From Candidatus Altimarinota bacterium (GTDB taxonomy: Bacteria; Patescibacteriota; Gracilibacteria; UBA1369): a DNA stretch of 32,000 nucleotides. This document shows, one piece after another, positions 25,220 to 32,000 of this stretch; within the stretch, counting starts at the first letter, position 1, and every line of letters starts with the position of its first letter. The notes under the pieces were generated by a model. The model was given only the letters and a program-made list of their open reading frames with translations. It had not been told where the DNA came from and did not search any database. The DNA lies in contig JBAZYK010000014.1 in assembly GCA_041659405.1 (NCBI GenBank), forward strand, positions 1,165-33,164, read 5' to 3'. Made by a program: the position numbers and the translations under genes.

Positions 25220-26098
25220 TTAGCCTGTGATAGCTTTAAGAATAATATTAACAATTGACCAAGCAAGTAACGCCAACCCCATGCCCATAAGTGCGGAGCT
25301 GATAGTTTTTTTACCCTTTTCTTTATCTTCACCAAGGCCACCAACCACGTACCTGTAACCTCCAATCACAATGAATAAAACGGAAATTAAACCAACCAGG
25401 CCTAAAGCAAAATCAATGATGTAGGTTATAAAATATGGAACCAATGCCAAATTCATTCTCCCGGTTTTGATAGCACAACCTAAAAGATTTTTTCTAGCAT
25501 CAATAATTTGATCTGAATTAAGTTTTTCATCCACACTTCCTCCAACAGCATCAAATTCATCTCGCATTTGTTTAAGATCCTGCTCTGCAGAATTCAAATT
25601 TTCCTGTAATTTATCAGTTGATACCTTCAAATTTGCAACTTTACTCCGGGCATCATTATATGTTTTTTCATAATCATTACACTTAAAAGGTCCACCCACA
25701 CCCGCTCCATCCAGACATGTTTTCCTTGCTTCCGCTGCTTGTGTAACAGCATCATTCGCCTTCTCCTGCTCCCCTAATGCAGTATTTAACTCATTTTGAG
25801 CCTTTTCATTTGCCTGTTTAGCATCATCCAAGGTTTTAGAAGCATTATTGTAATCAACTGCATTTTTTGCTTGGTCAGCATCAGGAACTATGCCATTTGA
25901 TAAAAAATCATTAATTGTACTTTGACACTCCTCAATGGTCTTACTCGTACTCGGCAAAAGCGTGAATTGCGCATAAGCTGGCGCAACCATCAACATTGAA
26001 AGTAAACAGGAAACGGAAAGGTAACGAAAAAGTTTCACAATATGAGGGAAAAAATCATCCAAATCATACAGAGAAAATTCAGAAATCTCAAATTTCAT
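25220..26098 (-). CDS. TrbC/VirB2-like membrane protein with a long coiled-coil ectodomain; track ORF to 26137 trimmed to the internal ATG at 26098
   Basis: Signal-like FRYLSVSCLLSMLMVAPAYA; a heptad-rich segment (KNAVDYNNASKTLDDAKQANEKAQNELNTALGEQEKANDAVTQAAEA...DKLQENLNSAEQDLKQMRDE); C-terminal two-TM segment FALGLVGLISVLFIVIGGYRYVVGGLGEDKEKGKKTISSALMGMGLALLAWSIVNIIL, typical of the TrbC/VirB2/pilin family. Confidence 0.75.
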   Translation of the reverse strand: MKFEISEFSLYDLDDFFPHIVKLFRYLSVSCLLSMLMVAPAYAQFTLLPSTSKTIEECQSTINDFLSNGIVPDADQAKNAVDYNNASKTLDDAKQANEKAQNELNTALGEQEKANDAVTQAAEARKTCLDGAGVGGPFKCNDYEKTYNDARSKVANLKVSTDKLQENLNSAEQDLKQMRDEFDAVGGSVDEKLNSDQIIDARKNLLGCAIKTGRMNLALVPYFITYIIDFALGLVGLISVLFIVIGGYRYVVGGLGEDKEKGKKTISSALMGMGLALLAWSIVNIILKAITG

Positions 26099-26765
26099 TT
26101 TTAAATAAATAACTTCCAATTCTGATTTCGGTTGCACCTTCTTCTAAAGCCACACGATAATCATGACTCATGCCCATCGACAAAGTATCTATCTCGGCAA
26201 ACTTTTCACTATAAAGTTTAAAAACAGAACTCATTTTTTTGAAATAAATTCTGGCATTTTCCGGATCATCAAAAAAGGGAACAATCGCCATAAAACCTTT
26301 GCACAAAATAAATGGTAATTTTTGAACTTCATCCATCAAAGCTGAAATTTCACCTTCAGCTATACCGTGTTTATTAGGATCTGAAGCGATGTTTACCTCT
26401 ACCAAAATAGGCATTTTCTTATTCAATTTTTGGCATTCCAAATTAATCTTCTCTGCAAGCTTCAAAGAATCCACAGATTCAATACAATCAAACAACCTGA
26501 CCGCATTTTTAACTTTATTCGCTTGAAGATGACCAATAAAATGTCTTTTTACCGGCAATAATGATGGAAATTTCTTCTCGGCATCCTGAATTTTATTTTC
26601 ACCAATTAAACCGATTCCGGCTGTAATCGCCTGATTGGCAGCTTCAACATTAGCGCTCTTGGTAGCCGCTAAAATCGTAATTTCAGCAGCACCCCTCCCC
26701 ACTTTTTTACAAATATTATTGATGTCCTGCTGCAAAAATTTCAGTTTATCCGGATAAAATGGCAT
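26088..26765 (-). CDS. YggS/PROSC-family pyridoxal phosphate-binding protein
   Basis: ITILAATKSANVEAANQAITAGIGLIGENKIQDAEKKFPSL, RHFIGHLQANKVKNAVRLFDCIESVDSLKLAEKI, LVEVNIASDPNKHGI, TLSMGMSHDYRVALEEGATEIRIGSYLF. Confidence 0.95.
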   Translation of the reverse strand: MPFYPDKLKFLQQDINNICKKVGRGAAEITILAATKSANVEAANQAITAGIGLIGENKIQDAEKKFPSLLPVKRHFIGHLQANKVKNAVRLFDCIESVDSLKLAEKINLECQKLNKKMPILVEVNIASDPNKHGIAEGEISALMDEVQKLPFILCKGFMAIVPFFDDPENARIYFKKMSSVFKLYSEKFAEIDTLSMGMSHDYRVALEEGATEIRIGSYLFKNEI

Positions 26766-26826
26766 TTTAAATTGTAAGTTTGATAAAACACCTGTACTAT
26801 AAGCCAGAATTTAGCCAAATCCAAGC

Positions 26827-28197
26827 ATGAAAGAAGAACGAGATCACAATATACCAATCGTCGCCATTATTGGGCGACCTAATGTTGGAAAATCCAGCTT
26901 ATTTAATCGTTTGATCCAAAGAAGAGTAGCCATCACCTCGGAAGTGGCTGGAACAACCCGCGATCGCATCTATCATCATTCGGAAATTGGTGAAATTCCT
27001 GCCATTTTAGTAGATACCGGCGGTATGGAATATGGCAAAAAAGAAAACATTGAAGCCGATGTCCAAAGTCAGGCCAGACTCGCCATGAATGAAGCTGACT
27101 TTATTTTATTCGTGGTTGATGCCAGTGAAGTTCTAACTTCAAATGATTACGAAGCTGCTCAAACTCTGCGAAAAAGCCATAAGCCGATTATGATGATTGC
27201 GAACAAATGCGATCATCCAAGCGTTACAGAAAGAATGGAAGATTTTAAAAAGTTGGGTTTTGGTGAGCCAATTTACATTTCGACTATCCATAAAATCGGT
27301 TTTGATGAGTTATTTGAACAATTGGAGAAGAGACTCAAAAAAGAAGGCTGGAAAAAGCAGAAAATAATGGAACGGAAAGCGGAAGATGTTACCAATATTT
27401 GCTTCCTTGGACGCCCAAATGTTGGCAAATCGTCTTTGGTTAATGCGCTACTTGGTGAAGATAAATTGATTGTTTCACCAACTGCGGGAACAACCCGTGA
27501 TGCAATTGATATTGGAATTACCTGGGAAAATAAAAAATTCAATTTGATTGATACTGCCGGAATTCGTCGCAGAGGCAAAATCGAAAAAGGACTCGAAAAA
27601 CTGAGCATGCTTAGATCATTGGAAGCGGTTGAAAGAACGGATATTGCGTGCCTTATTCTTGATTATGAAGCCGGAATAGCAAAACAGGATCAACACATTA
27701 CCGAATTCATTACGGAAGCGGGAAAGGGCCTTATTCTGATAGTGAACAAAAGCGATCTTATGAAGAATCGCGAAGAAAACGAGACAAAAACTCTTTGGAG
27801 ATTGAAAAATAAGTTTGATTTTTTGCCATGGGCGCCGGTAATTTTTGTTTCCGCTCTTAAGAAGCGCAACATCGAAAAAATATTGGAGGTTTCACAACAA
27901 ATTCAAAAAGAAAGATCCAAGATGGTTGATACCGATGAACTGGAAGGCTTCATGAAAGCGACTATTTTCAAGCATTTGCCACCTAAAACCGGGCCAATTA
28001 AAGCCAAAATCTATTCATTGGATCAAACAGGTGTTAATCCACCAACGTTTGTTTTCAAGGTGAATGACTCAAAAGCGCTACATTTTTCCTATCGCCGTTA
28101 TTTGGAAAATGAATTGCGCAAAAAATACAGCTTCACCGGAACATCAATTAAAATTATCTACGCCGGCCAGGAAGAAAGACGCAGAGAAAAGAAATAA
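26827..28197 (+). CDS. der: Ribosome-associated GTPase Der (EngA)
   Basis: Two tandem G domains: GRPNVGKSSLFNRL...DTGGM...NKCD and GRPNVGKSSLVNALLG...DTAGIRRRGKIEKGLEKLSMLRS...NKSDL. C-terminal KH-like domain. Confidence 0.98.
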   Translation: MKEERDHNIPIVAIIGRPNVGKSSLFNRLIQRRVAITSEVAGTTRDRIYHHSEIGEIPAILVDTGGMEYGKKENIEADVQSQARLAMNEADFILFVVDASEVLTSNDYEAAQTLRKSHKPIMMIANKCDHPSVTERMEDFKKLGFGEPIYISTIHKIGFDELFEQLEKRLKKEGWKKQKIMERKAEDVTNICFLGRPNVGKSSLVNALLGEDKLIVSPTAGTTRDAIDIGITWENKKFNLIDTAGIRRRGKIEKGLEKLSMLRSLEAVERTDIACLILDYEAGIAKQDQHITEFITEAGKGLILIVNKSDLMKNREENETKTLWRLKNKFDFLPWAPVIFVSALKKRNIEKILEVSQQIQKERSKMVDTDELEGFMKATIFKHLPPKTGPIKAKIYSLDQTGVNPPTFVFKVNDSKALHFSYRRYLENELRKKYSFTGTSIKIIYAGQEERRREKK

Positions 28198-28210
28198 AAA
28201 CTATTCCTGT

Positions 28211-29155
28211 TTAAGGAAGAGGTTTTGATCTGAATGTCACCTCATTAAAGCGTTCCTTAAACGATTCCGTAATTTCCTTTCTACGATCAATATTGTGGAA
28301 TTTTAGCATTGAAGAATTAACGACAATCGAGGCTTCATCGCCCAAAGCGTTTTTATTTTTCTGAAAACGTTTTTGGTAAAAGTTCTTGAGCTTAAGCTCG
28401 ACCAGATCACCAAATTTGCCGCCAAAAACGAATTCACCAAACTTTCCAAATACTGAAAACCAAGGATCCTTTCTTAGCATTTGAAGATCAGGTTCAGGTT
28501 CACGATCAAAAAACGCAGTAAGCCAGTTATTATTTTTCAAAAAATCCAGATAACACTGTTTACCTAAAAAAGCCTTCAATGAAGCCATCCAAAATGGCAA
28601 ATAAATATCGTCATCAAGCTGGATTGAATGAATATCAAGAACATCATCGGCCAAATAAAAGCTTAAACAAAACCTGCCGGCAATTTTATTGCCATGCCTT
28701 CTAACTCCCAAAATTGAAAACAACAAAGTAACAAAAGTGCGGGTTAGGAAAATTCTACCTTTTTTCGTGATTATAAAAAGGTCAATATCACTATCCAAAG
28801 TAGGAGCGTCAAAAGCCAAAGTATTGCAGATCGCGACTAATCGCACAAAGGGGATTAATCTAATAATTGGCAGGAAGAAGCCAACTTTATGCCACAATTT
28901 CCTGGCAATTATCTGTTTCTCAAGAAAATTTTCAAAAATATTTTTTCGGTCGGCAAAAAAATAAAGACCTTCCTTCAATAAAATCTGATGATCATTTTGC
29001 AAAAAGTTTTCCAATTCCTTTTTATTGATATTTCCAAAACGATAAAGATAGATTTCGTCTAAGGTCAGAGGTCTATCAAACAAGTCAAAAAAAACCAGAG
29101 TTGCGTAAACACGCTCTTTTAGATTTTTAAATTCACTAATTCGAAGCATAAACAT
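28211..29155 (-). CDS. Nucleotidyltransferase-fold protein of unknown function (314 aa)
   Basis: N-terminal winged-helix-like segment (VYATLVFFDLFDRPLTLDEIYLYRFG...). The central VAICNTLAFDAPTLDSDIDLFIITKKGRIFLTR resembles the GN(...)sDiDllii nucleotidyltransferase motif. Confidence 0.6.
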   Translation of the reverse strand: MFMLRISEFKNLKERVYATLVFFDLFDRPLTLDEIYLYRFGNINKKELENFLQNDHQILLKEGLYFFADRKNIFENFLEKQIIARKLWHKVGFFLPIIRLIPFVRLVAICNTLAFDAPTLDSDIDLFIITKKGRIFLTRTFVTLLFSILGVRRHGNKIAGRFCLSFYLADDVLDIHSIQLDDDIYLPFWMASLKAFLGKQCYLDFLKNNNWLTAFFDREPEPDLQMLRKDPWFSVFGKFGEFVFGGKFGDLVELKLKNFYQKRFQKNKNALGDEASIVVNSSMLKFHNIDRRKEITESFKERFNEVTFRSKPLP

Positions 29156-29208
29156 TTAACAATAATCCAAAAAGAGCTTATACTCGAGCCGAAAATAATC
29201 AAGCAAAA

Positions 29209-31467
29209 ATGGAAAAAACACCGGATTTACAAACATATTTGGATCATATCCTGAAAAATATACCGCATGAACCCGGGGTATATAAAATGAAGGACAAAGA
29301 TGGAAATATCATCTACGTTGGCAAAGCCAAAAATTTAAAAAATCGCGTTTCCAGTTATTTTCAAAATCGCAACGATAAGGCCATGCGAACGCAAAAAATG
29401 GTCGAACATATTGCCGATATCGAATATATCGTTGTTAAAACGGAACTTGAAGCTCTTTTGCTGGAAACAAACTGGATTAAAGAAATAAGGCCAAAATACA
29501 ACATCCTGATGAAGGACGATAAAAGTTACGTTTACATCAAAATAACAACTCAGGACCTTTATCCGCGAATTTATTTGGTAAGAAAAGTTGATCGGGACAG
29601 GGCACGTTACTTTGGCCCAAAAACTGCCGGACATAAAGTCATCAAAACACTAAAAGTATTAAAAAAAGTTTTTCCTTTTAGGAATTGCGAACTGGCAATC
29701 GACTATACGATTCACACTGGAAGCACAGTTAAAAAAACTTTATCAGAGAGCCAACTGCAATATCACATTAGTCATTGCATTGGGCCATGCGTAGCCTCGG
29801 TTAAGCCCGAAAATTACAGAAAAATGATCGATGAGGTTATCAACTTTCTGGAAGGAAAACATGAAGGAATTATCGAAAAAATCAAAGAAGATATGTACAA
29901 AGCGGCAAGTGAAAAAAAGTTCGAAGTTGCTGCGTCAATTCGTGACCGTCTTAAAGCTGTTGAAGAGATTATTGAGCCACAACGCATTAGTGATCCACAC
30001 CAAAAAGACCTGGACATCATCAATTATGTTGAGCAGGATGACAAAATCTATTTCAATCTTTTTCAGCTAAGAAATGGCAAACTAATCGGCCAGGAAAATT
30101 TTATTTTTAAAGCCCAGACAGAAAGGGAACAGGAAGATCCTGAAGCACTCAATGCGTTTTTGGAACAGTACTATGAAAAAGCCACCGATTTACCAAAGGA
30201 AATCCTGATTCCTCATCACGTTGATGAACCTGAAATGATCGAACAATGGTTATCACAGGTGAAAGGACAAAAGGTAAGTTTAATTATTCCTGAACGCGGG
30301 AAAAAGAACCAGTTATTGGAACTTTCCCTGGCGAATGCCCAAAGTTACGCTAAACAAAGCCAAATTAAATGGCAAGGAGCGGAAAAGGAAACTCGAACAA
30401 AGGCACTTGAAGGTTTACAAAAAATCTTAGGACTAACCAAAATCCCCAGACGCCTTGAGTGTTATGACATTTCACATTTTTCAGGAACCGAAACCGTTGC
30501 GTCCATGGTCGTATTTGAAAATGGATTCCCTAAAAAAGATGATTACCGAAAATTCAAACTCCATCAACAAACGGCCGGCGCGCCCGATGATTTTGCCTCA
30601 ATGGAAGAAGCTTTAACCAGAAGAATCAAATATCTTAAACCTTCCATTAATCTTGAAAATCTCAAAATTAAAAAAGCCAAGAAAAAAGAATTGGAAGAAA
30701 TAAAGAAAGAATTAAAAGCCGAAAATCTTCCTGTAGGCGACTTTTTAGCAATAGAAAAAGAAAAGAAGAGGATTGGATACGCACATGTGAACGTTTTCCC
30801 AAGTAAGAAAACTCTTATTGAAGACATCCACATCATTGAAAAATTAGACACAGGCTTTCTCATAAAAAAACTTATCGAAAAGTATAAAGTGCACAGAATG
30901 TATCTGCTTTGCGATACAGCTGATCAGGCCAAATATGAAGAATTTGGCTTTGAAGCCATCAAAAAACTGCCGGACGAATTCGCCGAAAAAGAAGGTCAAA
31001 CCTATTTGGTTTTTGACCGAAACAAATATAGCGAAGATTCATCTTTCAAAAAAGTACCGGATTTAATCATTATTGATGGAGGAAAAGGCCAATTAAGCTC
31101 GGCCATAAAGGCATTAAACAAGTATGGCCTACCCCTAACCATGATTTCAATCGCCAAAAAAGAAGAAGAGCTTTTTAGACCTAATGAAAGCGAATCAATC
31201 AAACTCGAAAAAAACAATCCAATCCTGCACATGATTCAGCACATTCGTGATGAAGCGCATCGCTTTGCCATTACTTACCACAAAAACCTAAGAAGCAAAG
31301 CATCCATGAGTTCAATTTTAGACACTTTACCCGGAATTGGGCCGGAAACAAAAATCCTACTATTAAAACAATTTGGCTCCGTAGAAGGAATCAAAAATGC
31401 CCAGGAAGAAGAGTTGATTAAGCTTATTGGGCCAACGCTTGCAAAAAAACTTAAGGATTCACTTTAG
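29209..31467 (+). CDS. uvrC: Excinuclease ABC subunit C (752 aa, larger than typical)
   Basis: GIY-YIG domain (EPGVYKMKDKDGNIIYVGKAKNLKNRVSSYF), UVR segment, RNase H-like nuclease (RLECYDISHFSGTETVASMVVFENGFPKKDDYRKF...PDLIIIDGGKGQLSSA), C-terminal HhH (LDTLPGIGPETKILLLKQFGS). Confidence 0.97.
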   Translation: MEKTPDLQTYLDHILKNIPHEPGVYKMKDKDGNIIYVGKAKNLKNRVSSYFQNRNDKAMRTQKMVEHIADIEYIVVKTELEALLLETNWIKEIRPKYNILMKDDKSYVYIKITTQDLYPRIYLVRKVDRDRARYFGPKTAGHKVIKTLKVLKKVFPFRNCELAIDYTIHTGSTVKKTLSESQLQYHISHCIGPCVASVKPENYRKMIDEVINFLEGKHEGIIEKIKEDMYKAASEKKFEVAASIRDRLKAVEEIIEPQRISDPHQKDLDIINYVEQDDKIYFNLFQLRNGKLIGQENFIFKAQTEREQEDPEALNAFLEQYYEKATDLPKEILIPHHVDEPEMIEQWLSQVKGQKVSLIIPERGKKNQLLELSLANAQSYAKQSQIKWQGAEKETRTKALEGLQKILGLTKIPRRLECYDISHFSGTETVASMVVFENGFPKKDDYRKFKLHQQTAGAPDDFASMEEALTRRIKYLKPSINLENLKIKKAKKKELEEIKKELKAENLPVGDFLAIEKEKKRIGYAHVNVFPSKKTLIEDIHIIEKLDTGFLIKKLIEKYKVHRMYLLCDTADQAKYEEFGFEAIKKLPDEFAEKEGQTYLVFDRNKYSEDSSFKKVPDLIIIDGGKGQLSSAIKALNKYGLPLTMISIAKKEEELFRPNESESIKLEKNNPILHMIQHIRDEAHRFAITYHKNLRSKASMSSILDTLPGIGPETKILLLKQFGSVEGIKNAQEEELIKLIGPTLAKKLKDSL

Positions 31468-31774
31468 GCGGCGCTGGCTCAAGGCTTACCACGTTATCAG
31501 CACCCAAAATTTCCCTAACTAGGCCAGCTGAGAATTCTCTTGTTGTAACTAAAACATTGGTTAAACCATCTTCTCCGGTTTCAACATGATCAATACCTGT
31601 TTTCGCCCGTAAAGTCTCAATCTGTGCGCCAGCTAAAGGGTTCCTGGTAACCAATTGGAGATGCTTCGCTCCCTCTCCAAGACTAGCCCAAGGATTTTTA
31701 GGGGTTTCCGCAGTTATGCGAGGAACCGTTACCTCAGGGGTTTCCGTAGTTTCACCAGACTCTGATCCACTCAT
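31451..31774 (-). CDS. Small soluble protein of unknown function (107 aa)
   Basis: Open frame with ATG, unstructured acidic/Pro/Thr-rich N-terminus and a small C-terminal domain (LQLVTRNPLAGAQIETLRAKTGIDHVETGEDGLTNVLVTTREFSAGLVREILGADNVVSLEPAPP). It overlaps the uvrC 3' end by 17 nt, tail to tail. Confidence 0.55.
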   Translation of the reverse strand: MSGSESGETTETPEVTVPRITAETPKNPWASLGEGAKHLQLVTRNPLAGAQIETLRAKTGIDHVETGEDGLTNVLVTTREFSAGLVREILGADNVVSLEPAPPKVNP

Positions 31775-31929
31775 ATATTAAATTATAACAAATAAAGGCC
31801 ACTTTATAACTCACACATCAAAAAATGTCAAATTCAGCAAATAATTTGGGGAATTAAAGCATGAGAGAAGAAAGGGATCATACGCTTTTTGGTTTGAATA
31901 AATTAAATCGCTAGACATAGAGCTGAACA

Positions 31930-32000
31930 ATGCGATATAAAAAGAAATCAACATCACTCACCCCACGAACCAGTAATCTGAATCCTTTTAATCTGGCATT
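31930..32000 (+). CDS. Possible 5' end of a gene running off the window
   Basis: ATG CGA TAT AAA AAG AAA TCA ACA TCA CTC ACC CCA CGA ... stays open to the window end (MRYKKKSTSLTPRTSNLNPFNLA). No family motif is visible. Confidence 0.25.
   Translation, partial: MRYKKKSTSLTPRTSNLNPFNLA

Noticed and set aside
31861-31914. Short ORF MREERDHTLFGLNKLNR
   Set aside because: Only ~17 codons with no motif. The similarity to the Der N-terminus (MKEERDHN) is too short to be meaningful.
1-32000. CRISPR array, cas genes, transposase or integrase
   Set aside because: No regularly spaced repeats and no Cas, transposase or recombinase motifs seen in the translated ORFs on reading through. The mobile-island idea rests only on gene content and tRNA position.

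Overview
This 32 kb window looks like a compact bacterial chromosome of Patescibacteria/CPR type. That placement is inferred from gene content and small protein sizes, not from a phylogeny. The left ~3.4 kb is an accessory region: an Xre-type HTH regulator, a HicB/HicA-like pair, a broken methyltransferase-like gene and an AAA+ ATPase. It abuts the 3' end of a minus-strand initiator tRNA-fMet. The rest is mostly core and cell-envelope genes: ftsB-like, murC, cysS, yggT, a secreted Ig/Fn3-like protein, queA, ribD, ribA, ribB, tsf, rpsB, two glycosyltransferases with a Wzz-like protein, an AI-2E/PerM-family protein, a TrbC/VirB2-like protein, yggS-like, der, a nucleotidyltransferase-like protein and uvrC. 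The most interesting content is a partner-switching toolkit split over two divergent gene clusters. Cluster 1 (minus strand, 14189 to 9160) is an MFS/HEAT-repeat protein, a STAS protein, a HAMP/SpoIIE-type phosphatase and queA. Cluster 2 (plus strand, 18691 to 20788) is an RsbW-like ATPase, a STAS protein and a PrsW-type intramembrane protease with a helical tail. No sigma factor is visible nearby. Other leads are a large GNAT-like insertion inside the UvrC nuclease domain, a TrbC/VirB2-like protein with a coiled-coil ectodomain, a probable terminator hairpin between prsW and the glycan genes, overlapping divergent promoters at ftsB/murC, and the possible tRNA-adjacent island. No CRISPR array, transposase or riboswitch was recognised.
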